A stretch of DNA of 57,471 bases from contig CAXSGP010000017.1 of the NCBI GenBank assembly GCA_964236955.1, forward strand, positions 1-57,471. Direction: 5' to 3'. The stretch is from an uncultured Oligoflexus sp. (GTDB taxonomy: Bacteria; Bdellovibrionota_B; Oligoflexia; Oligoflexales; Oligoflexaceae). This document shows positions 9,093 through 18,954 of this stretch, one piece after another; within the stretch, counting starts at the first letter, position 1, and each line of letters starts with the position of its first letter. The position numbers and the translations under genes are program-made. The notes below the pieces were generated by a model. It was not told the origin of the DNA and made no database searches. It saw only the letters and a program-made list of their open reading frames with translations.

Positions 9093-11195
9093 ATGAATCC
9101 GAACATTCGACATGCCAGGGACCTTCTTTATTTTTTATCTTTCACTTTTGGACTCGCGAATTGTGGCGACAAAAACAACAACAACAAGGATAACGGGAAG
9201 CCCAACGGCGCCTTTCTGAGCGACCAGCATGTTCCCAACGTAACGGCTGACTTTTCGGGAGCGGTTGGTGTCCTGGTCATCGATTCCTCAGCTTTGGGAG
9301 GTCTCAAACTGAAGGGGGCAAAGAACCTCTCGCTGCTGGAAGGAAGTAAACCGGATGCTCCCGGCGGCGATGGCTCGCTGGTCAAAGTAGGTGAAGACGG
9401 AGAGGTCAAGTCAGCGTTGAGTTCTAACTCCACCGGGGACAAAAATTCCTTTCAAATGCAGATTCCGAAGGTGCAAACCATAGCTGTTTCGCCGAACAAG
9501 GAAATCTATCTGCATTTTGAGCGGGCTTTTGTCTATAAGGCCCCTGAGAAGGCTGAAGACTGGCAAAAGGTCAATGATATGGCCAATGGCTATCAGTGTC
9601 AGATATTTAAGGTTCTTGGCGGTAATATTGATGAACTTCGCGCTGGCACGCCACCCGCCGATGTAAGCAATCTCGAGTGTTTGGACAATCTGCATTTTGT
9701 CGATTCCTGGTTGGCCCAACGAAATAGTGTTTTTCAATTCGATTCTGCATCGAATGTCTATTATCCAGGGTCCTTGCCCAATGGCGGCGGCAAGATGGTC
9801 GTCTATAAATATGATGTAGCCACGAAAACAAGTTCGGAAGTCATCAACTCCAATATTTGCGTCCAGGACTTCCTCGTTACTAAAGCCGGCGGGGTCTTTT
9901 ACACGGGCACTAGCAGTTGCGCCGGCGGTGGCAGTGATTCGGGAGGGTTCTTCCGCTATGTTTCCCCCAGCTCGCAGGTGCGCGAAATCGCGAGCGACTG
10001 GTGGAATTTTGTCTTCGAACCGGTCGAAGGTGCGACGACCGATCAGGCCGTGTTTTTTGGCCCCGATCCCCGCAGTGCGACGACAGCATCCTTTAACAAT
10101 GCCTGCCTCTTTAATTTCAATCCAGCGGCCGGGGACACAGCCTCGCTCAGCATTATTGAAAAAATCACCTGCGGAGCCGATATTCAAAGCTGGATCAATA
10201 TGAGCCGGCCTGCGGATATCGCCGCCTTTGGTGCCTTTAACACCGGCAGTGCGAATCTCCCCACGGCCTGGGTTGATGAATACAAGAACCGCTGTACCAG
10301 TGAAGGCCAGGTCTTTGCCGGCGGCGGATCTCAGATCAGTGCCATCAAACAAGATTCTGCCGGTGAAGTCTACGTGATCGGTAAAGTCAGGAAGAAGAAA
10401 GCCGGTGAGCTTTCCTGCGGCCTTAGCATCAAGGGCTCTCATTGCGTTGTCAATGGCTCCCCTTATCTGCCAGGCCACAGCCTTTACGGAACGTCAACGC
10501 TTTGTCAGGCAGCTGGCGGCGCCTGGACCACGGATGAAGGCTTTTGCAGTGCCGGTTTCACAACCCGTGACACCTGTCTCGCTAGCGGAGGGCGCACCTG
10601 GAACTATCGGGAAGTCCAATATAACAATGTTGTCTCCGAATACTGTGGCGAATCGTCAGCAAATTCTGCGTTTGTCGCTTCGTCAGCACTTTGGAATACT
10701 AACGTTTCTGAGACCGAATCAGCAGGTCCAGCCACACCCTACGCTCCCACCAAATTCAGTCGCGGCTGGATGAACTGTCAAATCAAAGGCTCTAATTCGA
10801 ACGGGGGGGGAGACTGGACTGACGAATATAAAGGCCTCGCTAAAGTGAACGGCGCCACCAAGACTTTAGAGCTGCTCTCCGGGACCGACGAGCAGGCGAC
10901 TCGATTGTGGCTGCTAGGGGATGTGCCTTACTATTCCACCCGCAATGCGACCCAAGGCAAGTATTATCTGAAGCGTTGGGATGCTACGTCGCTTACATCG
11001 ACAGCAGTTGCTGAAAATTTTGAAGTTTACAATCTTTCTGACAGCAACGAAGCCGACAAGCTCTTCTATGATGGTCTCGACTTTTCTACCAACTCTTATA
11101 GCTTTGGAACCATGAACCGAGCCGCCCCCTATTCCAGAACGATAAAGACTGGTTTGACTGGAACGGTCAAAACCATCGTGATTTTGCCTCATTAA
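9093..11195 (+). CDS. Large Cys-rich lipoprotein of unknown function (probable beta-propeller with Cys-rich insertion)
   Basis: ATG 9093 after GGGGA; lipobox LANC; repeated beta-strand blades (IAVSPNKEIYL, FQFDSASNVYY, FLVTKAGGVFY, IKQDSAGEVYV); two C-x3-GG-x1-2-W motifs. Confidence 0.7.
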   Translation: MNPNIRHARDLLYFLSFTFGLANCGDKNNNNKDNGKPNGAFLSDQHVPNVTADFSGAVGVLVIDSSALGGLKLKGAKNLSLLEGSKPDAPGGDGSLVKVGEDGEVKSALSSNSTGDKNSFQMQIPKVQTIAVSPNKEIYLHFERAFVYKAPEKAEDWQKVNDMANGYQCQIFKVLGGNIDELRAGTPPADVSNLECLDNLHFVDSWLAQRNSVFQFDSASNVYYPGSLPNGGGKMVVYKYDVATKTSSEVINSNICVQDFLVTKAGGVFYTGTSSCAGGGSDSGGFFRYVSPSSQVREIASDWWNFVFEPVEGATTDQAVFFGPDPRSATTASFNNACLFNFNPAAGDTASLSIIEKITCGADIQSWINMSRPADIAAFGAFNTGSANLPTAWVDEYKNRCTSEGQVFAGGGSQISAIKQDSAGEVYVIGKVRKKKAGELSCGLSIKGSHCVVNGSPYLPGHSLYGTSTLCQAAGGAWTTDEGFCSAGFTTRDTCLASGGRTWNYREVQYNNVVSEYCGESSANSAFVASSALWNTNVSETESAGPATPYAPTKFSRGWMNCQIKGSNSNGGGDWTDEYKGLAKVNGATKTLELLSGTDEQATRLWLLGDVPYYSTRNATQGKYYLKRWDATSLTSTAVAENFEVYNLSDSNEADKLFYDGLDFSTNSYSFGTMNRAAPYSRTIKTGLTGTVKTIVILPH

Positions 11196-11245
11196 TGGAA
11201 CCGATGGAGGGCAGTCACAGACTGCTGATGATTTGAGTCAATAAA

Positions 11246-11279
11246 CCAAGACCTCCGGGATTTGTCCCGGAGGTCTTGG
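11246..11279. terminator. Hairpin terminator between convergent genes
   Basis: Perfect 15-bp stem CCAAGACCTCCGGGA-TTTG-TCCCGGAGGTCTTGG. Confidence 0.8.
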
Positions 11280-11316
11280 CCTTTGCACCCTTAAGTATTC
11301 TTGTTGATCCTTGGAA

Positions 11317-12480
11317 TTAAGGGTTGCTGAACAGCAGGCGATTGGGAGAATTGAGCCCTGCGCCGCTGACCACGTTAGGTGTAGCATTTGCTATCATTTG
11401 ATCCCGTATTTCCTTAGCTGTGGCCGTAGGGGCTCCTTCCAGAAGTAGGGCAGCGACTCCAGCAACATGAGGGCAGGCCATCGAGGTGCCCGAGAGAATG
11501 GCGGTCGAAACATTGCTTCTGATGCCAACGCTTTGAATGTTGACGCCAGGGGCGAAGATATCGAGGCAGCTGCCGAAGTTCGAAAAGGAGGCCCGTTTGT
11601 CGTTTGTTTGACTCGCACCCACTGTGATCGCGTCTGGAACCCGGGCCGGGGAGGTATTGCAGGCATTGGCATTGTCATTGCCTGCCGCTATCGCAAATAC
11701 AATTCCACTTTGGATAGCGGCATTGACCGCCGCATCGACCTGATTCGAGGGAGCGCCACCGATACTCATATTGGCTACTGCTGGTTTCACTGCATGTTTG
11801 GTTACGAAATCAAGGCCGGCAATGACGGCTGAATTGGATCCCGAACCATTGCAATCGAGGACACGGACCGGATTGATCGTTACCTCCTTGGCGACGCCAA
11901 AGACGGTTCCACCAATCGTCCCCGATACGTGGCTACCGTGGCCGTTACAATCATTGGTGCCCTGACCATCATTTACCGCTGTGAATCCAGCGCCGACGCG
12001 ACCCGTGAATTCTTGATGGGTGCGAAGAATTCCAGTGTCGATGACAAAGACGTTAACGCCTTTTCCGGTTTTGCTAAAATTATACTTTCTGTCCAGTCCA
12101 GTTCGGGCATCGATACGATCGAGTCCGGCGGTGGCATTTACTTCCACTGCCGATATGCGCACGATACGGTCCGCTTCCATCAATTTGATCGCCGGATCGT
12201 TGGAAAGGGCTTCCACCTGATCGGGAAGCACCTTTAAGGCTACACCGGGAAAAGCTGCGCTGTATTTAAAAAGGATCGTGGCGCCATAGGTTGCAGTCAG
12301 ACGGTCAGCTTCCGACTGGACATACTCTTCCATTGCCTGAAGAGTAGGGGCATCGCTCTTAAGGCTAACGATATATTGATTCGCTATGATCGAACCTTCA
12401 GCTGGTCCTTCCACGGCACCCGCTCTGACTTGTCCCGCAGACGCAAATGCCATAATTAATATAGGCCATACACTTCTCAT
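11317..12480 (-). CDS. Secreted S8 serine protease (proteinase K/aqualysin-like) with I9 propeptide
   Basis: Catalytic triad motifs [16 protein letters not shown] and [12 protein letters not shown]; propeptide NQYIV; ATG 12480 after AGGAG. Confidence 0.95.
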   Translation of the reverse strand: MRSVWPILIMAFASAGQVRAGAVEGPAEGSIIANQYIVSLKSDAPTLQAMEEYVQSEADRLTATYGATILFKYSAAFPGVALKVLPDQVEALSNDPAIKLMEADRIVRISAVEVNATAGLDRIDARTGLDRKYNFSKTGKGVNVFVIDTGILRTHQEFTGRVGAGFTAVNDGQGTNDCNGHGSHVSGTIGGTVFGVAKEVTINPVRVLDCNGSGSNSAVIAGLDFVTKHAVKPAVANMSIGGAPSNQVDAAVNAAIQSGIVFAIAAGNDNANACNTSPARVPDAITVGASQTNDKRASFSNFGSCLDIFAPGVNIQSVGIRSNVSTAILSGTSMACPHVAGVAALLLEGAPTATAKEIRDQMIANATPNVVSGAGLNSPNRLLFSNP

Positions 12481-12697
12481 ACGTAATCTCCTCTTTGTTG
12501 AAATAGGTCTGAAGAGGATAACGCAAGCCTTCCCAAAGCGCAAAATTTATGGCGCCTTTGGAAGGCTATGCTCTTTGCTAAATTATCAACGGCTAAGGAT
12601 TTCAGGTAGGACACAAAGTCTACTCTTTAAGGCATTTCATAAGCATCAAATGCATATGAGCACGGCCACAGGAGTGTTCGTGCTCACGTAAAGCTTA

Positions 12698-12734
12698 AGT
12701 CTGAGTCTGAGTCTTAGTCTTAGTCTTAGTCTTA
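12698..12734. repeat. Hexanucleotide tandem repeat (AGTCTG)2(AGTCTT)4
   Basis: Six consecutive 6-mers; on the minus strand it reads TAAGAC x4 then TCAGAC x2, starting at the GH3 stop codon. Confidence 0.9.
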
Positions 12735-14780
12735 CATCGAGCTGCTGGATTTAGCAGCATTCGAAGCGTACGGTCCGTACTGGAGTCCAAATCCGTAGGG
12801 GAAGAGGGCTTCGTCGCGGTTGGCAAATGGCAATTGATCCATACTTACCGGCCAGGACTGCGATAGCTTGCCCGTGAAGTTGAATTTGCCAAACAAGACA
12901 TCGGAAACACCTTCACCCTGGCTGCCAGGCAGCCATGCGGCAACCAGTGCTTGCCACTGAGCGATATCTTTGGTGATGATGAGTGGTCGGCCCGAGATAA
13001 GAACGACTGCCGTTGCTCCCTTAGCGCTTTGGACGTTTTTCACGACCAGGCTGTCGTCCGCCTGCAAAACCAGGTTTGAGCTGTCGCCCAAAAATTCTGC
13101 ATAGGGTTGTTCGCCTACGACGGCGAGACGAAGACTTTTGTCCGCGCTGCAGGCTGAGTTCGTAAAGGCTCCGTCGGCCTCATAGACTAAAGGAATGCCG
13201 GCAGCAGCAGCTTCGGCACGGAGACCGTCGAGAATAGTTTTGGCGCCTGGAGTTTTCGAGACATTGCCATTGGTTCCTTGCCATCCGGTGGTCCAAGCAC
13301 CTGCTTGAGCACCGAAGTCATCAGCCTTGGCACCGGCGACGCAAATGATTTTGTACTTGCTTCTTGAGATCGGTAGGGTGTCAGCATCGTTTTTAAGAAG
13401 AACCAGCGTTTCGCGAACAGCGGCGCGGGCAACTTGACGGTTAGCGGATTGACCCAAGATCTCCTCGTTCACCTTAAGCGGGGATAGAGCGAGTTTTTTC
13501 GCATTGGCGACGATACCGGTTTTGATTTTGATTTTGAGGATGCGAGACACGGCATCATCAATACGACTCAAGGGAATCAGGCCTTCGTTGACGGCTTCCA
13601 TCAAGAATTGATGAGCGCGATCAAAGCGAAAGACAGTGTCTTTTTCAGAGCCTGAAATATCGATTTTTTCACTGACCATAAACATGTCAATACCGGCATT
13701 TGTTGCTGTCACCAGCTGAGTCTTAAAGCGCTGCAGAGGATCGCTAGCGTCAGCTATCGGAATATCATCGATAGCATTCCAGTCCGAAATTACGAGGCCT
13801 TTAAACTCAAGGCCGCCGGCGCTTTTCGGTGCCTTTAGGTAGGAATTGATGAGTTGGCCATTCTCATGCATTCTGACGCCATTGACGCTGTTATAGGAAA
13901 TCATGACAGTATCGACATTGGCTTTGATCGCTGCAACATAACCCTGGCCATGGAGCGCGATCAAGTCTTGCGTGTTAGCTTGGGTATCACCGCGATCAAT
14001 GCCCACTTCGCCTGTGATATAAGATTTAAATCCGGTTCCCCAAACGGTTCCGCCGTCACCGATAAAATGTTTTGCTGTCGCGGACAGGGTAATATTATCA
14101 ACAGGTGTTTCCTGAAGGCCTCGAATGAAAGGTCCAGTCAGCTGCTGCTGCAACTCAGCTGTTTCACCAAGACTCTCGTAGGACCGACCCCATCGCACAT
14201 CGCGGGCCACGGAAACGGCTGGAGCAAATGTCCAGTTAAAGCCAGTCGATAATACTTCCTTGGCAACGACGCTACCGATCTGCTGCAGAAGTTTGGGGTT
14301 TCTCGTCGCACCGAGTCCGATGTTATGGGGGAAAACCGTAGCGCCAAGGACGATCGCATGGCCGTGGACCGCATCGACTCCGAGTAGCAAAGGAATGCCG
14401 TTCGCTGAAGCGATGGCCTCGGCTTGCAGTGTGCTGAGTTCCGATCTCCAGCCCGCAGGGCTATTGTCTGTGATAATCGAGTTACCGCCCGCCAAAACTG
14501 AGCCCAATCCGAGGTCACGCACCGGATGCTCATTATTTTTTATGGCCTCCTTAACGTTCAGGAGTTCACCTTGAATCATCTGACCAACTTTAGCCGATAA
14601 GTCGAGGCGGGAAAGGATCGCCTGTGCCTGCTGATCAAGTGAGATTGGATTGGCAGTGCCTTTGAGATCCTTAGATCCTGCGTTTCCGATTGAGGCGCCG
14701 CTTAAAGTACAAACGAGTATGGGTAACATAATTTTGGGGAACTTGTTGGCTGGTCTGGGTCTGAGCCATGATTTAGACAT
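12732..14780 (-). CDS. Secreted GH3 beta-glucosidase / exo-beta-glucanase
   Basis: KVGQMIQ, GVDAVHGH, FPHNIGLGA, RDVRWGRSYES, AKHFIGDGGT, nucleophile motif VISDW, VVGEQPYAE, AAWLPGSQG, LFPYGFGL. Confidence 0.95.
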   Translation of the reverse strand: MSKSWLRPRPANKFPKIMLPILVCTLSGASIGNAGSKDLKGTANPISLDQQAQAILSRLDLSAKVGQMIQGELLNVKEAIKNNEHPVRDLGLGSVLAGGNSIITDNSPAGWRSELSTLQAEAIASANGIPLLLGVDAVHGHAIVLGATVFPHNIGLGATRNPKLLQQIGSVVAKEVLSTGFNWTFAPAVSVARDVRWGRSYESLGETAELQQQLTGPFIRGLQETPVDNITLSATAKHFIGDGGTVWGTGFKSYITGEVGIDRGDTQANTQDLIALHGQGYVAAIKANVDTVMISYNSVNGVRMHENGQLINSYLKAPKSAGGLEFKGLVISDWNAIDDIPIADASDPLQRFKTQLVTATNAGIDMFMVSEKIDISGSEKDTVFRFDRAHQFLMEAVNEGLIPLSRIDDAVSRILKIKIKTGIVANAKKLALSPLKVNEEILGQSANRQVARAAVRETLVLLKNDADTLPISRSKYKIICVAGAKADDFGAQAGAWTTGWQGTNGNVSKTPGAKTILDGLRAEAAAAGIPLVYEADGAFTNSACSADKSLRLAVVGEQPYAEFLGDSSNLVLQADDSLVVKNVQSAKGATAVVLISGRPLIITKDIAQWQALVAAWLPGSQGEGVSDVLFGKFNFTGKLSQSWPVSMDQLPFANRDEALFPYGFGLQYGPYASNAAKSSSSM

Positions 14781-15500
14781 TAGTCTTTTTCCTTTGTAAG
14801 CAATTTAGGTCAACCCTACTTCTAAAATGTTGCTTAGGAAACCCAAAAATTTAACTTGTAAAAATTCTAAACTTTAAAGAGCGCGACGAGCCCAGGCTTA
14901 GCAGTCTTCAGATTAAAAATAAAAGTTTATTCTTAGATTTTTTGGGGCGCGTTCCAAAGATGAAAAGGAAAAGAGTGAGTCACTAAGGAAGGGTTCTGAG
15001 CGTGGTTTCCAAGCAAACTGTCTCCTATTGGCAAACATGGGTTTTGGCAGCCGGCAACTCGTGACTTGGTTTTAACGCTTCTCCCCAACCTGCGGACACT
15101 GCCTTCAAAAACGACGCGATTGTCATCGAGGGAAATGGCGCCAGGCCTCTGTTTATTAAAATCAAAGATTTCATTTTCAATTTTTGTAAAATTTACAAAT
15201 GCGGGAGCGCCGCCCTATCTCGTCTCTTTCGCCGGTGATTTTTTATCGTGTCAAGTCGCAAGATAGGTGAAAACGTCAGCGGTTGATATTTATCGTCGGC
15301 GATATGAGGTATAATCGAATGAAAAGCAAGCACACGGGCCTCGAAAGCGTCTTGGGGGTGTCTTTCTCCTGAGTTGGGCGCCGGCTGGCCTAGCGGAATG
15401 ACCAAGACGTTGCCCCGGTAAAAACTGAGGAAATTCGAATAAGTTGGCGAATATAAGATAAATTCCAATAGATAAGTTTGACCAGCACGAGGAATTGGCG

Positions 15501-16628
15501 ATGATAGAGAAAAGCATAAATCATAATCCTGGGGTTATTCGCTTGTTGAGCGGTAGTCTGATCATCGCCACCCTTATCTTCACGCCCGACCTTTTTGGAA
15601 AAACCAAAAAAAACAGCAAGAAGAAGGACGCGGAAAGTGCTGCAGGCACTGATTCGGACAAAGCTGATAAGTCGATGTTTAATGATGACGAGGAAGAAAA
15701 AGAAAAGCCAAAAGATTCTGAACGAGATAAAGAGAAAGAGCGCGAAAAGGATAAAGATAAAGATCGAAATAGAGACAAAGACAGAGACAGCGAAAGAGAC
15801 CGGGATAGAGAAAGGGACAGTCCAAGACTTACTAAAAAAGAGCGGCTCAGAGAGCGGGAAAGAGAGCGAGAGAGAGAGCGGGAAAGAGAGCGAGAGAGAG
15901 ACCGAGAGAGGGACCGGGAAAGGGAGCGAGGGCGCGATAAAGATCGTGACCGAGGCTATCAGGACGAGCCAGAACGCAATAGGGCACCGCGCAGCCCTTC
16001 TGTCGAAGCTGAGGCGGCACCGGCAGAGGTCGAAGTTGAGAAAAAAGTGGCGGAAACCATCTCGATGACCTTTGGTCTAGGACGCTCTTTGTCTTCAAAG
16101 ATGTCCATGAGCAAAAGCACGGTTGATGCCGCTGGCATAAAACAAACGGTAAAGACCAGCTATACCTTTGCCAGCAGTCCGGTATTCACTATCGGTGTTT
16201 CAAAGTTCAATCCAGGCGGCTTTGGCTTTATCGTCGGCGGCTATCTGGATCTTCCCATGGCGATCACGGGGTTGTCGGTGGATCGGGGGGATGGTGTTGC
16301 CGCAGCGGATCCCACCGGTCTCACCTTTTCGCAGATAGGCGGTAACTTCGATATCGTTCTGGGCTTGGAGGTTCCCTATATCTTTGCGGGAGCGAACTAT
16401 GGCAGTGGTGAATTGAAATCGGCGGATCCAGCGGTTTTTCAGGGAGATTTCAGAGGCGAGCTGGGTGGGCAGGGCGGCTTTGGTATCAGAATAGGGACTC
16501 ACCTGGCCGCCGAGGGAAGTTTTCGCGTGACTCAATTCACGCGCCTGGAAAGATCCAATAACGTCACCACGCGATCCTCAGCGATCATGCAGTCGATCTT
16601 AGCCACGATAAAAGTTATGTTCAACTAG
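15501..16628 (+). CDS. Exported protein with long R/E/D/K low-complexity tract and C-terminal outer-membrane beta-barrel-like domain
   Basis: N-terminal hydrophobic segment; (RE)n/(RD)n tract; C-terminal ~190 aa of alternating beta-strands ending ATIKVMFN; ATG 15501 after GAGGA. Confidence 0.7.
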   Translation: MIEKSINHNPGVIRLLSGSLIIATLIFTPDLFGKTKKNSKKKDAESAAGTDSDKADKSMFNDDEEEKEKPKDSERDKEKEREKDKDKDRNRDKDRDSERDRDRERDSPRLTKKERLRERERERERERERERERDRERDRERERGRDKDRDRGYQDEPERNRAPRSPSVEAEAAPAEVEVEKKVAETISMTFGLGRSLSSKMSMSKSTVDAAGIKQTVKTSYTFASSPVFTIGVSKFNPGGFGFIVGGYLDLPMAITGLSVDRGDGVAAADPTGLTFSQIGGNFDIVLGLEVPYIFAGANYGSGELKSADPAVFQGDFRGELGGQGGFGIRIGTHLAAEGSFRVTQFTRLERSNNVTTRSSAIMQSILATIKVMFN

Positions 16629-16638
16629 GCACTAAAAC

Positions 16639-16668
16639 CGACAAGGTCCTGCCGCGGGGACCTTGTCG
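16639..16668. terminator. Hairpin between convergent genes
   Basis: CGACAAGGTCC-TGCCGCGG-GGACCTTGTCG. Confidence 0.65.
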
Positions 16669-16690
16669 TGTCCATGCTGTGTGCCGATCC

Positions 16691-18811
16691 TTAGGAGCGC
16701 AAGGGTTGCCATACTTCGACTTCGATGGAAGTACTGGCATCAAACTGCTGGGCCGAAAAACTAAGCGTATTGTTTTCATATTTAAAATCTTTGGTTTCCA
16801 CTCCGTTGATCTTGACCTTCCAGACGGCATCCGGCGCAAAATTCCCATTCATTTTAAAACTCTTGTCAATTTGAGTGAAGTAATCGTAGCTTATGTGCAA
16901 GCGTCCCAGCTGTTCAGCGGGACAGGGGAAGAGGAGCTTACCGTCAGCGCTATTGACGTTGGCTACACAATCCGATCCTGATGATGAAACGATCGACAGG
17001 CTGCCGTCCTTGGGCTTTTGCGCGAGCGTTAATGCCAGTTCCTTGGAACCAGGAGCAAGCGTGTAGATGACTTCCACAACTCGATTTTCGGCGATATCCT
17101 CGCGTTTGAAGACGAGTTCAGCACCTTGCCATTCCATAGCGAGGACTTCGCGACTCAAACCATCAAACGCCGCGACCTGGACTATTCGATCCTGATTATA
17201 GGTTAAGGCCGGGTAACGCACCGTCCGGCTTTCCGCGGTTTCGTAGCTGATGAGGATGGGAACGCCATCGCGTGGCGGTTCCGTTAATATCACTTCGCGA
17301 TTTTCGTCGCCTATGACCTGAAAATCCGAGACGGGCTTGTTATCGACGGTGACCGTCACCGTATCCATAAGCGCGTCTCTGGCAAGGGGAAAATACTGCG
17401 GCAAGGCATCGCCGACCCTATAATCCACATTGATTTTGGCCAGAGCCGGTGGTGGCGGGTCGAATAGAATTTGATTGTCTTCGACCTTGTATCGGCTCGC
17501 ATCAACAGAGCTACCATTGACCATCACGCTTAGAGTGCTGGCATCGATCGAAGTCGACAGCGGAAACTTGCTGCTGAGGGGCTTTGGGTCGTGGTTATAA
17601 GCGATGCTCAGCATCTTTGCCCCCGCAGGCAGTGGCGTTTCAAAACGGATTTTACCGTCGACGATATTAAAATTGGACGACCACGGGCGGCCATCAATCT
17701 CCATTTTCAAAGTCTCCTGTTCGGGCTTAAAGAGGAGCGGGAATTCCTTCCGGTTAACGGGATGCATATTGCGCGAAATTTCCTCGAGCGTGGTATCGTA
17801 ATGGCCTTCGCATATGTTTCCTTCCATTCCCCCTGTTTTGGCGATCAGAAAGCGATAGTCGTCAGGTTTTCTAACATACCCTTCGTCCACACATTCCGTG
17901 TAGCGATCGAGGTCATGGAGAAGGGCAAAGAGCTTGGCTCCCGGTGCCCGGCTTAAGAAGAAGTTAGGATCGGCATCGAGGTCGGTATCGCAGTTCTGAT
18001 CCGGGTCGCTGCCGCAGTTTTCTTCATCGGTGAGCATCAAGACTACTTTTTGCGCATCGGGTCGGGTCCAGGACCGGGTGGAATCCCCACATTCGCCGTC
18101 CAGAGCCGAAACCGCTGCGAGCAATCCATGTTCAACAGGATCTCCAGTTTCCCCAGCCAGGACTTTCCAGATGAACTTTGCATCGATACTTTGGGAATTC
18201 TTGATATAGTCGTCACGGCTGATGATGACTTTATCATTTGGATCCTTGCCGTTCACCCGAGGGCAGCCATAGGTTTTTATAGGGTGGGCGGGATCCATCG
18301 GGTTGCGTTTGCGATCGGGCGAGGTTGTCGTCACCATGATTTGCCAGTCTGTATTCGAGATGTGACTCAGCAAGGGGACAAGGCCTGCCGATAGTTTTTG
18401 CTGGTATTGAGCCATGGATGAAGAATTATCGACGACCAGCAGGAGATCGAGTTTATCAAGAGTCGAGACGGTAAAGGTTTCGACCAGCGAATCGCCTTGA
18501 TGGCCCTGGACGAAGCTATCAACAGTTGTTTTCCGGTCCAGTTGCTGCAAATTGACGATCCGCGGCGGTGTTGCTTTGAGATGCATGGTCTGACTTGCCG
18601 AATCGGGAAGAAACGAATACGAAACTTCTTCGGTGGCGCGCCGTCCGGCTAGGAAAGTGGCATGCGCTGCCAATTCCATCGTCACTTTGAGGTCCTTGAT
18701 ATGGCCCTTAAAAGTCACTGGCTGGGCGCACGAGGAAAGGACCATGCCAGTCCCTAGAAGGCTGACAAGAAGAGGGCTCCTGCCTTTGTTTTTGCTGTTT
18801 TTTGGTTCCAT
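16691..18811 (-). CDS. vWA-domain surface lipoprotein with repeated C-terminal beta-sandwich modules
   Basis: Lipobox LSSC; MIDAS motif LDLLLVVDNSSSM plus LTDEENC; repeated 'F-x-L...V-x-V-(N/D)...F...P...I-x-Y' modules. Confidence 0.8.
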   Translation of the reverse strand: MEPKNSKNKGRSPLLVSLLGTGMVLSSCAQPVTFKGHIKDLKVTMELAAHATFLAGRRATEEVSYSFLPDSASQTMHLKATPPRIVNLQQLDRKTTVDSFVQGHQGDSLVETFTVSTLDKLDLLLVVDNSSSMAQYQQKLSAGLVPLLSHISNTDWQIMVTTTSPDRKRNPMDPAHPIKTYGCPRVNGKDPNDKVIISRDDYIKNSQSIDAKFIWKVLAGETGDPVEHGLLAAVSALDGECGDSTRSWTRPDAQKVVLMLTDEENCGSDPDQNCDTDLDADPNFFLSRAPGAKLFALLHDLDRYTECVDEGYVRKPDDYRFLIAKTGGMEGNICEGHYDTTLEEISRNMHPVNRKEFPLLFKPEQETLKMEIDGRPWSSNFNIVDGKIRFETPLPAGAKMLSIAYNHDPKPLSSKFPLSTSIDASTLSVMVNGSSVDASRYKVEDNQILFDPPPPALAKINVDYRVGDALPQYFPLARDALMDTVTVTVDNKPVSDFQVIGDENREVILTEPPRDGVPILISYETAESRTVRYPALTYNQDRIVQVAAFDGLSREVLAMEWQGAELVFKREDIAENRVVEVIYTLAPGSKELALTLAQKPKDGSLSIVSSSGSDCVANVNSADGKLLFPCPAEQLGRLHISYDYFTQIDKSFKMNGNFAPDAVWKVKINGVETKDFKYENNTLSFSAQQFDASTSIEVEVWQPLRS

Positions 18812-18954
18812 TAATATTTTCCTATGGCGATCCTTGCCTCTAGGCAAGGGTAGGCGAGGCTAGCCTTTAAAGCGCCAGCTCGTCCGGGTTGCTGTTGAAA
18901 CGAGTGAAGGGCATATTCGCATAAGGCATCGGGCGAACGGATTCAACTTTGGAA

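Noticed and set aside
9411..10478. 355-aa minus-strand ORF
   Set aside because: Antisense shadow of the 9093 lipoprotein; no recognisable features.
18926..18951. Sigma28-like promoter for the vWA gene (CAAAG-N13-CCCGATGC)
   Set aside because: The spacer is shorter than in the other candidates and the box is over 110 nt from the start; too weak to list.
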